Shown here piece by piece: positions 10,847-22,000 of a DNA stretch of 45,012 nt (position 1 is its first letter; each line of letters opens with the position of its first letter). Both the position numbers and the translations under genes were made by a program. Under the pieces are notes generated by a model, which saw only the letters and a program-made list of their open reading frames with translations, did not search any database and was not told the DNA's origin. The DNA is from Thraustochytrium aureum (taxonomy: Eukaryota): NCBI GenBank assembly GCA_012862495.1, contig BLSG01000322.1:91812-136823 (forward strand), written 5' to 3'.

Positions 10847-12020
10847 CACTTTCTGGGCGGCACCCTGCCTCGTGCGGATCTCCTCAGGCTCGCGCGCTTG
10901 GCGTTCTCGGGCAAGTGGCTGCCAACTGAAGGGCGACGGGGCGGCCGAGCGCTGGAAGGCGTGTGTGTCTTGCCGTTAGCGGTCTGCTTGGCACTGCAGA
11001 CCGCTAGGGCGCATTTCTCAATGTGGCGAGCTGCCTCCTTGAGGCTCGTTTGGTTTGATTCGAAAAGAAAGACGGAAATGAAAAGTGGCTCCAGCCAGAG
11101 AATGGCGGCGAGCGCCGTTTTCTCAGCCCAGCCACTTGCAGCTCGTGGCCAGCCAGTCCAAGGTGAGCGCTGGGCAAAGAATTTCATTTTTTATTTGAAA
11201 ACAAGCATGTAGTGCACACGAGGTGTGATAAAGCTCTGCCCTGCTTCTGGCGGTTTCATCGCGGTGTGAAGGGCCTCAACGCGACTGCCGCACGTGCACG
11301 GCACTTGCAGCAGTCTCAGCGCAAACCTTTCAGGAGGTGCGCGAGACCAGATTGCCGTTTCGTGCACCAATAGACCACCCAACCAGCTCGGCGCTTAAGC
11401 CTTTGCTTGCCCTGCCCACGCAGGTCGATTGGCCCCTTGGGCGGGCATCACAAACTCTGTCGTCGAACGGCCATTTTTTTCACCCCTTTTTGCTTGCAAG
11501 ACAGTGAGCAAGACAGTGCCCGACCGTCCCATCTCTGCAGGAGGCGAACCAGCCCCAATCGACGCGAGCCCCGCCACGCCATCTCTATGGCCCACCGCTG
11601 CGAGAGAAACNNNNNNNNNNNNNNNNNNNNNNNNNNNNNNNNNNNNNNNNNNNNNNNNNNNNNNNNNNNNNNNNNNNNNNNNNNNNNNNNNNNNNNNNNN
11701 NNNNNNNNNNNNNNNNNNNNNNNNNNNNNNNNNNNNNNNNNNNNNNNNNNNNNNNNNNNNNNNNNNNNNNNNNNNNNNNNNNNNNNNNNNNNNNNNNNNN
11801 NNNNNNNNNNNNNNNNNNNNNNNNNNNNNNNNNNNNNNNNNNNNNGCACTGCGGGCAGCCCGAAGCGTCAACGAGCCGCCGCAAAACCCGCTCGCGGCAT
11901 CTGACCCACCTCCGCGCAAGACTCTCACTCTACTAGTAGCTCTCGTACACAGCTACAGCTACGAGTCGAGAGAAAGGACGGAGCGCTCGACGCTGCAGTC
12001 TGGCTCCGACCAAGCGTGCA

Positions 12021-12052
12021 TGCTTCGCTGTGCTTCGCTGTGCTTCGCTGTT
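12021..12052. repeat. Tandem repeat (TGCTTCGCTG)x3
   Basis: tgcttcgctg tgcttcgctg tgcttcgctg at 12021-12050. Confidence 0.85.
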
Positions 12053-12294
12053 CTAGCTCAAGCGAGACCCGAGCGTCCACTGCCGCATCGCGAGCGCTCT
12101 GCTCCGTGTGCGCGCAGGTTCCTGACGATGGCGGCCCAACGGATATGTTTCGCACACCTCGTTGCGCAATAGAAAGTGTGATTCCGAGTCCATCCAAGTG
12201 CGCGCCCGCATTCATCCAGGCTGCAGAGCTCCCAGCCTGCCTGGGCCGAGCAGGACGGACGGCAGGCTCGAGGTAGAGCTTGCCGTGTGGCGCC

Positions 12295-14082
12295 ATGGAT
12301 GTGGCGGAGGTCACTGCTTGGCTGGACGAGCTCCTGGACCGGGTCGAGGACCACGCAAAAGAATGTCCTTGCAGTGCTGGTGGCAGCAGTGGCGAATACG
12401 ACACGGTGGCGGACAGCCCCGGGCGAGCAAGATTGATCGACGACGAAACCGAGGCACGACCGGGCCGCGCCGATGGTGCCCTATTGGAGCCAGGCCTTGA
12501 CAGTGGATTTGGAGCCGTGGCAGGACTCAGTGACCCGCATGACTCCGGCGGTGACGACGCTGCAGCAGAACCAGCCGGCTGCGTCAACTCTGGGAAAAGG
12601 CCGGACGGCGTCGAGAGGCCCATCTTTGCGTCCGAGGAGGCGCTCGCATGCGAGGCCCCAGGCTCTCGCGGCGGCCAAGACCCCGATGCGGGGGACGTTC
12701 TCGGCGGCAAGCCCGGTGCCTGCTCCGACTCTGAGCTCTCCGATTTTGATTTAGGATCCATAGGTTCTCTTGATGCAACTACCGTCGACTGCTGGGCCAT
12801 GGACGACACGCAAGATGTCGAGACGAGCGCTTTTGAAGACGACCTTCGGGGTGCGGACGATGTCGCGAAGAGGCGGGGCTCGCTGGCTTCGCTGGCTCCG
12901 CCGTCATCCGAGCAAGACCGGAGCGAAGCTAAAATAACGGTAATCAAGCCACCAGAAGCAGGCTCAGGACGACCCGAAGCTGTCGAGCGGCCAATCTTTG
13001 CGAGTAAAGACGTTTTCCCCTCCCGGCATACGCTGGATGGGTTTGTTTTTGGCGGTGTTCCGGGCGACGAAGTCGACGACGACGAGGAAGGCGACCCCAA
13101 TCATCTAGAAGTGGGCCCTTACGGCCCTGGCTGCAAATCGAAGCGTTCGAGAGCTCCTGACCGTGGCCGCACTAACAAGGTGTCCCCGAAGATTGGAGCA
13201 AAGTCTGCGTCTCCGAAACAATCTGCAAAACAGTCGGCCCTCAACGCCATCTGCTCCTCCAACACCAAGATGCCGCATCTCGAGAATGCAAAGAAGTCGA
13301 CCAAGGCCCAGCAAAAGCCGCTGGCGCCCGTAGTCGTGCGCGGGCCTTCGCCGAGGCCGGCCAAGGCTGAGAAAAAAACGAGTCCCCAAGGCCCAAAAGC
13401 GGGGCCAGCAACGCAGAATGCCATCGGCAAACTCAAGGGCCACGCACCAAAAAGCAATGCAACTGCAAAGAAGGCAGCTGTGACTAAAATTGTCGTCGTG
13501 CAGAAAGCCGGCAAGGACAAGCGCCCGGAGGCTGTGGAGCGCCCAATTATGGCAAGTAAGGATATATTCCCAGAGAGGGACGCAATGCAAGGCGGCGATC
13601 GAGTCAGCTTTGTCGGGCTGCCAGAGCTCGGAGACATGTGCGAGTCTGACTCGGACGACGATGGGGTTGGACATGCAAACGGCCAAGGTCCGCGCTTTGA
13701 TCTCGACTCTCCAGCGGGCTTGATGGGGGCCCAAGAGAGGCGCCTTCGTTTCCAACTTCAACGCTGCAAGGTGCCCTTTCTCCGCCGGAGGAGCAGGGGA
13801 CGTGCCCAGGCTCGCATGCTCAGCCGGACCCAGACCGAGATGAGCCGCCTGTTCAAAAGGACACCTTGCCAGCTTTGCCCAAGCACCCCGCGTCGGGGAG
13901 GGCTCCACCCGAGGGCCGAAAGCCGGAAGATGGTTCGGGTCTCAGCACTATTCTTCCTATTCTCCCAACGCGTGCGCCTGGCCCAGATGACTGACGACCC
14001 GAAGCCCGACGTGGTTTCCGCGTCTAAGGTCCCCGGCTCTCTTCTGGAGCTTTCTCTCTACTCCAGAGAGCTAGAGCTTTAG
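12295..14082 (+). CDS. Hypothetical, largely disordered protein with three RP(E/D)xVERPIxAS motifs; 3' end uncertain (possible introns or frameshift)
   Basis: Long ORF with first ATG at 12295. The motif is conserved at amino-acid level with synonymous codon differences between copies, which supports coding status. Confidence 0.65.
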   Translation: MDVAEVTAWLDELLDRVEDHAKECPCSAGGSSGEYDTVADSPGRARLIDDETEARPGRADGALLEPGLDSGFGAVAGLSDPHDSGGDDAAAEPAGCVNSGKRPDGVERPIFASEEALACEAPGSRGGQDPDAGDVLGGKPGACSDSELSDFDLGSIGSLDATTVDCWAMDDTQDVETSAFEDDLRGADDVAKRRGSLASLAPPSSEQDRSEAKITVIKPPEAGSGRPEAVERPIFASKDVFPSRHTLDGFVFGGVPGDEVDDDEEGDPNHLEVGPYGPGCKSKRSRAPDRGRTNKVSPKIGAKSASPKQSAKQSALNAICSSNTKMPHLENAKKSTKAQQKPLAPVVVRGPSPRPAKAEKKTSPQGPKAGPATQNAIGKLKGHAPKSNATAKKAAVTKIVVVQKAGKDKRPEAVERPIMASKDIFPERDAMQGGDRVSFVGLPELGDMCESDSDDDGVGHANGQGPRFDLDSPAGLMGAQERRLRFQLQRCKVPFLRRRSRGRAQARMLSRTQTEMSRLFKRTPCQLCPSTPRRGGLHPRAESRKMVRVSALFFLFSQRVRLAQMTDDPKPDVVSASKVPGSLLELSLYSRELEL

Positions 14083-14353
14083 CTGGAGAGCGTACCACGG
14101 TAGGGTAGAGGAGTGCTGCGTGGCGCTCGGTGTCCATTGTGTGGCTCCGAGATCCATCAGTGCAATCGTATTGTTTGTTTCGTTTGTTGTTTTCTGATTG
14201 ATCGTGACCCGCGTCCACGCCCATCCCGCTGACAACTTTCCACGGCTCCTGGGAGTCGTCTGGTCTGCGCACGAAAGTGCCGAATTGGGCGCCGTTCCGC
14301 TGCCAGCTCGCTTCAGCGCGCTTCCTTCACGCGCCAAATGGCCTGGCTTTCTA

Positions 14354-16306
14354 TCACTTCTTGTTGCTTCCAGCAGCGCCAATCGGCGAAGCCCCGAACA
14401 GAGACTTGGGCCGGCCCATCTCGTCCCAAGGCGCGTCGCCAGCAACGAGGCCCTTATCCAATGCAGGCAACTTGTTGCTGGCCCCCACGGAACCCATCGG
14501 CTTCAGATGATGCGGTGCGCGAGCGCCCGGAGTCTGCATTTTTTGCTCGAGCGTGCCACGGGACAAGGCGGACGCCTGGCGCTCCAACGAGGACTTTCCT
14601 GTCGGACTCCCAGGCTCGATTCTAGCTACGCCGGCAGCCTTTGCCTTTGAGCTGGCTTTGTCCCCTTCATCCGCGCGCACGGAATCTCCGTCCGCCAGCT
14701 CAGAGCTGGGATCTGAGCCGGCGTCGTCGGTGATTTTGCTCTCGGGGGCCGTCTTTGACTCGCTCGCGACTCTCTCCTGCTGCTCGGACCGCTGCGCCAT
14801 TTGGGCCTCACGCTCGCGCTTTAGCGCGGCTTGGCGGCGCTGCTCGAGAACAGCGCGATTGGCCGTCTCCCAGACGCTCCGGTTGGACTGCCAGAGGACG
14901 AGCTTCTTGTACTCGGCATGCTGGTAAGTGGCGAGCTGCAAGGCTCGACCCTTGCTCTCCACATCGGGGAACGACATGTCGAGCAGGGGCTGGTCGTCGA
15001 TGCACGGGCTCAACGTGACGTAGAACGATCCCTGAAAGTAGAGAGTGATCACCACCACCCCATTCAAGTACGTCTTGCTCGCCATCAGCTCGACCTCACG
15101 AAAGTGCTCCTGATCTCCCGCCGTCTCCAGCTCGAAAAACTGGCACCCGTTCTCCTCGTCCACCCACGGGCGGATACCCTGGGCCTTGTGGTACTCTGTA
15201 ATCTCCACGAGCGTGTCTTCCGATCGCGTGATCTCTTCTTCAAGGAAGGCGCTTGTCATGGCGAAGTGCTTCATGGGCGCCGAGAAGGGGAGCCCGTCGG
15301 GCAGGTTCTGCACCTCGAACCAGTACGCGAGCTTGCCTTGCTGGCGCTGAAACTTGCGCAGCACGAGAGGGACGTCGTGCAGGTTGACCTCCTGGTCCAT
15401 GTTCACGTAGCCACCGTAGCACCAGTTGCCGTAGCGAAACAGGGCGCGCCGGGCCTCGCTCGAGTCCTGCGGGCGGAGCATGAGGTACGTCTGCGTGTAG
15501 CTACCGCCAAAAGCTTCCTTGCTTCTCCCCCACAGGTAGGATTCGTCGACATAGGTGATGTCGCGGTATCCAGTGTCGCGCGCGCCTTCCTCCTCGTCGT
15601 CAGAGCAGGAAGACACGCTGGAGACCTTTTCCTCTTTGCCCTCGGCTCCGGAGGCCCTCTCGCGCAGGATTTGGCGCATGTTGAGCGCGTGCGCGTCCAA
15701 TAGCTGCCACAGCGCCAGGTGCTGGAACTCGAGGCCGTCGTACAGCTTGATTTGGAAGCCAGCCCCGCGGCTGGAAATGTCCGGGAACTCGTCGTCCTCC
15801 AGGCTCTGCTCGCTCGAGGCCACATCGGAGAGCGTCACGTAGTAGGAGGAGCCGACGTAGATTACGTGGAGCTTGATGGTCCCAATGTAGAGCTTGGCGC
15901 AAGCCAGCTCCACCTCAGGGAGGTGCTCCTTGCGCGTGCGTAGCTCAAAGTAGCTCTTGTTGTCCCCTTCGTCGATCCAGGCGGTCATGCCGTACTGCGC
16001 CATGTCGTCCAAAATCTCCTGGGCCTCAAAGATTTCGTCCCGAACAAACGTGCTCGTATCGTCCAGCGTGTCGGCCACGTTGTGGAACGGCGAATCCTTG
16101 GGGAGGTCCTCCCTCGAGCACCAGAGCGCCATGCTCTTCTTCTTCTTGCTGAGCCTGCTCAGCGTATTCTGAACATCCCCGACGCCAATCTCCTCCTTGG
16201 CGAACTTGACGAGCCCCGAGAAAACCTGTCCATGGCTCTGAATCACGACGCGACGTTCAGCCTCTTCAGCGCCCGACCGCTTAAACACGCAGAAGTAATC
16301 GTTCAT
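14354..16306 (-). CDS. Uncharacterised 650-aa protein with a tandemly duplicated ~205-aa globular domain, a coiled coil and a disordered tail
   Basis: Intact ORF with strong codon bias and clear internal homology, e.g. EVELACAKLYI...GSSYYVTLS...FPDISSRG...LALWQ versus EVELMASKTYL...GSFYVTLS...FPDVESKG...LVLWQ. Confidence 0.85.
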   Translation of the reverse strand: MNDYFCVFKRSGAEEAERRVVIQSHGQVFSGLVKFAKEEIGVGDVQNTLSRLSKKKKSMALWCSREDLPKDSPFHNVADTLDDTSTFVRDEIFEAQEILDDMAQYGMTAWIDEGDNKSYFELRTRKEHLPEVELACAKLYIGTIKLHVIYVGSSYYVTLSDVASSEQSLEDDEFPDISSRGAGFQIKLYDGLEFQHLALWQLLDAHALNMRQILRERASGAEGKEEKVSSVSSCSDDEEEGARDTGYRDITYVDESYLWGRSKEAFGGSYTQTYLMLRPQDSSEARRALFRYGNWCYGGYVNMDQEVNLHDVPLVLRKFQRQQGKLAYWFEVQNLPDGLPFSAPMKHFAMTSAFLEEEITRSEDTLVEITEYHKAQGIRPWVDEENGCQFFELETAGDQEHFREVELMASKTYLNGVVVITLYFQGSFYVTLSPCIDDQPLLDMSFPDVESKGRALQLATYQHAEYKKLVLWQSNRSVWETANRAVLEQRRQAALKREREAQMAQRSEQQERVASESKTAPESKITDDAGSDPSSELADGDSVRADEGDKASSKAKAAGVARIEPGSPTGKSSLERQASALSRGTLEQKMQTPGARAPHHLKPMGSVGASNKLPALDKGLVAGDAPWDEMGRPKSLFGASPIGAAGSNKK

Positions 16307-16723
16307 CTTGCCCAGGCGACGACGACCAGAGCGCCAAAAGCCACCACCACACGCAGCCCAAAGTCAAGCAGCGAAAAAACAAACGATACCAGGCGGCGTC
16401 CCGCGTCCTGATCTTCGACGAATCGACGAAAGCCTTCCTGCTCCGGCCAGTGCCGTCCTCCTCCGCGCGCAGCTCCAATCGGGCTCTGCCGCCCATCGGC
16501 ATCCAGTCCGCAAGCACTTGCTCTGCTCGCACCAAAACACGCGCCCCTCTATTGCCCTCACCTTGTCCAATTCAACATGGCCGTTTCACAAAGGTCCGTT
16601 TCTGTCCGCTCTGCATGAAATAGGTGCACAGCGACAGGTTAAGTGCCCCGCTGTATTTGCACTGGAATTCAAGAGTTTTTGTGCGTTGAGACTTGCGGAC
16701 TCGGAGCAGGCTCGCTTTCTTGT

Positions 16724-16773
16724 GCATGCGTGCGCGAAGGCGTGCGCGAAGGCGTGCGTGCGTGCGTGCATGC
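16724..16773. repeat. Simple repeat (GCGT)n / GCGTGCGCGAAG x2
   Basis: gcatgcgtgcgcgaaggcgtgcgcgaaggcgtgcgtgcgtgcgtgcatgc. Confidence 0.75.
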
Positions 16774-17791
16774 AGAAGGATATCTGGGAGACAAGAAGGC
16801 AATACTATTCTAATCGGCCAAGTTCGCAGCTTTGCCCCGAAAGGCTGAGCTGCGTCCGCACAGGCTTTCGCGACTCTCGTCTCGGCTCGGCGAGCGTCAG
16901 GAGACAAGCTCGCCGCGTCCGTCAGCCAGTTGACCATCGAGAGAGACGGGCAGCGCGGTACAAGCTTGCCCTTCAGGGACCAGACCATCGAGAGACTGCT
17001 CAGTGGGACCCGATACAAGCCAGCGAGCCAGCCCCAACGCCGACCGATCGATCGATCGACTGCGGAAGCGGCGCGTGGAAGAAGAGCGACGCCCCCCGAG
17101 CTCAAACGGCAAGGCAGTCGTTCAGAGGGAGCCGTCATCAAACGTAGGTGCGGTCTGGAGGGATGGAGAACTTGCTTCCAACGTTTCGCCCGGCAGCTTC
17201 CCTTGACGAAGCGAAGCGCCGAGACCGCGACCACGTCGCAGGCACGTGCCACAGTGCTCGTCGTCGATCGTGGAAATCGCCAAACCCGGTGCCGACCGGT
17301 GGCTCTTCCCGCGCAAGAGAGCAAAAGAGCTGCCTTAGCGATTCTGCTGTTGGAGGCTTTGCACGGCCCTTGCGACTGCGAGACGGGATTCCAAACCCGA
17401 CGGCAGCCAATAAAATCGCTAGGCCAATCGCCGCAAGGGACTTCCAAGGTACGTTTTTCACCGAGCCTGCTAGTGTCAGCGCGGGAAAGGACACGATGTC
17501 GAGCGGGATCCTCAGAAGCGAGCACTGGGTCGCCCAAGTTGGGAAGGATCCGGGCGCAGCAAGCATCTCAACCTCTGGCCATTCTCCAGATTCCCCGGGC
17601 GACGCGAGCCTGCTACTCCTCGAATCTTTCCTCGCAGGCCGAGCGCAATGCGAGTTGAAAGCGAACTCAGGGGCCCTATTCTGTGCTCCAAACCGCGATT
17701 GCAAACTTGTTCATCAGCAGCGCTTCAGGACGGGGCGAGACCGTCGAGGGTGAAGCGCGAACGCGGCGGCCTTTTGCTCGTCAACGCAGGC

Positions 17792-18289
17792 ATGGATTCA
17801 CCCAAATGCACCTATGATGTTTTTCATGTTGAGCGTGCACCGCAGCGGCAAGTCAGTCTCGCTACGCTCAAGCCCGGGCACACTATCCTTGACCCGAGAT
17901 CCCCCGTCAAGCAAGGTCTGAGCGCAAGTGCCCTAAAGGATTCAACGGCGTTGACGGCGGTCGTTAACCCTCGTAGCGCCGCGCCCGCCGCGGATGACCA
18001 AGCACCGTCAAGCCCAGCAGCAAAGCCTTGGTCCACAAGAGTTGGCGGCCATGTTCGGTCAGTTCGCGATGATGCGCAAGTTGTTGTCGAGTTTCGAAAT
18101 GCGAGCATCCGGCGTTCGGCGCGAGTGTTCTGGGTCAACTACGATGGCGAACTTGTGGACCGTCAGGAGCTTGGCCCAGGTGAGTCGTACAAGGAGCGAA
18201 CCTTTGAATCCCATCCGTGGCTTGTGGTTTTTGGTCCGCTCAAGCAACGCTCAAGTCGCAACGAGCTCCTTCTAGTTCCCGGAAGCTGA
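17792..18289 (+). CDS. VHL beta-domain-containing protein (may extend to 18420 via a frameshift at ~18280)
   Basis: VRSVRDDAQVVVEFRNASIRRSARVFWVNYDGELVDRQELGPGESYKERTFESHPWLV matches the VHL beta-domain pattern (LRS...v.F.N.s.r.v...WlnydG....y..L.PG......ty..HpW). Confidence 0.72.
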   Translation: MDSPKCTYDVFHVERAPQRQVSLATLKPGHTILDPRSPVKQGLSASALKDSTALTAVVNPRSAAPAADDQAPSSPAAKPWSTRVGGHVRSVRDDAQVVVEFRNASIRRSARVFWVNYDGELVDRQELGPGESYKERTFESHPWLVVFGPLKQRSSRNELLLVPGS

Positions 18290-19046
18290 AAGATGCGCGC
18301 GAACACGAGACGTTCATCATTGGGTGGAGCTCGCCTTCGTCAAGCTTGTCGATTAGTCGGTCGACGCGATTGCCGACTGGAAGCGAGGGTGATGCTGATG
18401 TAGTTTTGATGGTCTCGTGATACCCTGCTGCATTCACTGTCGTCTGGAAGTGAGAGTGATTCTGATGTTTAAAACAACGAGAGATTGTGATTGCCTGCTG
18501 CATTCATTTCTCCAAGCTGGAAAACCAAACACGTAGCTGACGTGTCGCTCTGCGCCAAGACTTTCCTACCCTTCGCGAGCGAGGCCACTGGTGACTTGAG
18601 TACGCAGGCGTCGTTCGGTTATCTCCAGCTCCTCCACCAAGACGTTGCTTTGTGCCAACTCTTTCGATCCGCGGGTGATCGTCATTACAAAGTTCAACAC
18701 GGAGGTTTCGAGAAAACATCGGAAAGAAGGCCGGCCATCTTGCGTCAGGGTCTTCGCCAACGTCAGAAGACTCTGCTAGCTAGAGAAAGGAGGCAGCCCG
18801 TGACGGGACACCTCTGCGCGCGACGGAAGCCTCTTGCTGAAAAGCCTCCAGACCAGACCGTGGGAGCCGGACTGACAACAAAAGGTCTCCGCCGCCAACC
18901 CAACCAGGACTCCGATGCCAACCAGGAAGAAGAAACGCCCAAAGCACGCAGCGTCAAAACCACCAAGCAGTAGCAGCCTTCCTCGACACCCATGATCAAT
19001 TTGGTTCCAGCTTTCACAATTAGACCTATTGATGCTAAGCTAAAAG

Positions 19047-22000
19047 TTAATCGAGTTCCTTCATCAGCGGTTCCCGCCTCTTCATTGACATCACCCGAAT
19101 CTCGGCAATGACCGAATCTCGCGCCACTTCTCTGACGCGTTTTCCACGCATCGTGGAAAGGAATCGCTCAGCGTCCTCGAAAGTGACACTGCCACGCTTT
19201 AGCTCTTGTTTGGTGGACAGGCCGCTCGTTTTCGCCTGGAACATGCTCGAGGCGCTAAAGCCACTCTCTCGCCCACCTTCCTCGTCGCTGTGTCGCTGCA
19301 TGAGCTCGTCATTGAGTCTGGCGACCTCGCCAAGCTCGTCCAGGAGAACGCTGTTGGAGCGCGCTCTGCTCGCTCGGCGCAACCCCTGGCCAGGCTGAAG
19401 GCTCGAAGAGCGAGCGCGGCTCTCTGCGAACTCATCTGCAGAGTCCGCTTCGACGTGCAGAGAGGGTTCACTTGAACCTGCGTTGGGTCCCAGCATTGCG
19501 CTCTCCACCCTAATGCCCTCCTCTGGGGCCTCCGTGATGGTGGAGAAATTGTGCACCGGGGAGCGCGGTGCGCCTTTGGGGCTCTGCAGCCCGNTCAGAG
19601 ACCATGGCTCGTTGCCGTACGCTGACGGATCGCATTCCTGGCGGTGGCGATGAGGTCCTCTGAGGCAGAGACTGCGTTTGTTGGCCCAAGCGATGCCAGC
19701 GTTTCAACCTCCCCGGCCATAGAGTTGACCACCGGGGCCCCGCGGCTTGATCGAAGCATGGACTCTGTGATCGCGCTTGTATCGACCGTCCCGAGGATGC
19801 TGTCAATGTGCCGCGCGGAAAACTTGGCAAGCGGAGAGTCCTTGACGTTCCCAGATATCTCTGCGACCTGGCGATGTAGCTCCTTGCGCTCCCGAACGGT
19901 TCGACGGTCACTTTTGATGAGTTCGGCGAAGATTCCAATCGTGCGGTGCTCTGGGAACTCGAAAGAGATCCGCTCAAACTCGTCCTTGTTGATGTAGCAC
20001 AGCTCGCAGTCGGTGAGACAGAACACGTCCTCCATCCGCTCGCCACTGATTGAGTAGAGTGTGTCACCCCCGAAGTGCTGGCCTGCTTTGAGCCGCCTTT
20101 TGCTTTTCCTTGTGGTGCTGGAGACCTCCACCTCGCCAGAAAGAATAAAGTAGATCTCCGATCCTATCTCCCCCCTCGCGATAGACGTAGTCGTTGGCAC
20201 TCGTGATCTCCACAACCAGCTTGCGCGCCAAGTGCCGCTGGACGTGCACATGGCACTTTCGAAGACCCCGCACCTTGGTGATAATCTCACGGTGAATGCA
20301 GATCGCCAACTCAAGCTGCAGAGGAAGCGGTAGCTCGCAGATCACCTCGCTCAGCTCCACGCCCTCAAATCGCTCCCATCGGTTTGTGAAATGTGCGACG
20401 ATGTGCCGTTGGAGATCGGGTGGGAGCTCGCGAAACTCCATGTACTCGATAAGCTTCCTCAGCCTGTTCTTGAAGGAGATTTCACCCCGCGAGTCCCAGT
20501 GAAGAAAGACGACCGCAACGCTGCCAATGAGGGCGGCAAACACGCAGGCTCCGGTGATCACGACCAAAAGCTGGAAAATATACTCCACCTCTGAGTACGG
20601 CCTGATGTCGCCGAAACCAACCGAAGTCATGGTCGAAACGGTGAAGTAAATGGCGCGAAGGTAGCAAAACCACGGGGACAGGTTATCGTTGAACACGTTG
20701 TGCGTGCCGCTGACAGGGTCAAACACCGCAAGTCCGTCCACAACCGCCCACGTATTGTGGTTGTACGGCTCCAGAAAGCGATGGATTGCGAACCACCCGC
20801 ATGCGTACCAGTGGTTGAGAAGCAATGTGAGCATTACCACCTTGCTCGTTTGCAAAACGGCCGAGTTGATGCGTGGAAAGACCTCGTTGATGTACTGATC
20901 GATGAAACGGAGATAAAACCCGATCTTCGCAAGCCGCACGAGCCGCACGAGCCGCACGAGGTTAAACAACAGGATCTTGCTGTCTCCGTCCGAAGCAGCG
21001 GTCCAGGCGAGGATGTCGAGGGGCAGGCAGGCCACCACATCCCAAGCGAGCCACGTCGAGCGATAGTGCTGCGCGATGATGCTCTTGTCTGTGATCACCT
21101 TCCCAAAGCGGTTGATGGCAAAGTACTGGAGACGCAGGAAAATGTCAGCGATGAAGAAAGCGTCCATGAGGTAATCGACCGCAAACCACAGCCACACGCC
21201 AGATGGGATGTTGTGGTTCTCAAAGGGCGGCAGCCCGTCGACAAAGTACGACACCCGAAACGGGATCGTGTAGGCGTTGTACAAAGTAAACAACAGGGAA
21301 ATGACGTTCCACACCCGATACAGTCGGTCGTGGGGTTTGAACACGAAGCGGCGGCGGTTGTGGCGCTTCTTGAGCTGCGTCAACATCCCCTTTGCACTCC
21401 CCATCCCAGAAGGCAAACCGGCGACAGAATCAGAGCCAACACTCAGCAGGGAGTCTGTCCTTGCCACGTGACTTGCCAGCTTGTGGTTCTTTCGGCCAAA
21501 CCCACCGTTGCCGTTTCCAATGGCCCTTTGTGCTTTCGACCCTAAGGCGTTTTGGGGGGAGACGCGCGTTCTGGCACTGCCCTTCAAGACACGCTTCATC
21601 TCCACACTGCCGCCCTTCCCACTGCTGCTCGAGGAGGATGCGTTGACGGAGAGGCGGCGGCGAAGCGCGCTCGGAACAAAGAAGCTGAATACAGTGGACC
21701 CCGCCGTCGAGGCCTGCTTGCTGATGTGGCGGAGAAGCTTGGTACCCGCCAGCATGTCCTCCATGTTGTTGCGCAAGTTCTCGTTGCGGACGATGTTGTT
21801 CGACCTTATCCCGCTCACGACCTCAAACATCTTTTCGCTCTCGTGCGGGAACCGCAAAAGGATCTCGTCCAGGTCATCGCGGGAGAGCGAGTAGACCTCG
21901 GTGAACTCGATCGCACGCACAGAGCAAGAGCGGCGCTCATTGAAAAACACCGCAGTCTCGCCAAAGTAGCTCCCGTCGTCGAGGGTGGACAGGACAATCA

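Noticed and set aside
13933..13986. Possible 54-nt GT-AG intron near the 3' end of the motif-repeat gene
   Set aside because: Weak donor (GTTCGG), in frame and stop-free, so it cannot be distinguished from coding sequence without RNA data.
16308..17753. Overlapping 190-320 aa ORFs in the divergent intergenic region
   Set aside because: Arg/Ser/Ala-rich random-looking translations typical of GC-rich non-coding DNA.
18491..18973. 160-aa plus-strand ORF downstream of the VHL-like gene
   Set aside because: No ATG start and no homology recognised; it could be a further exon, but this is unsupported.
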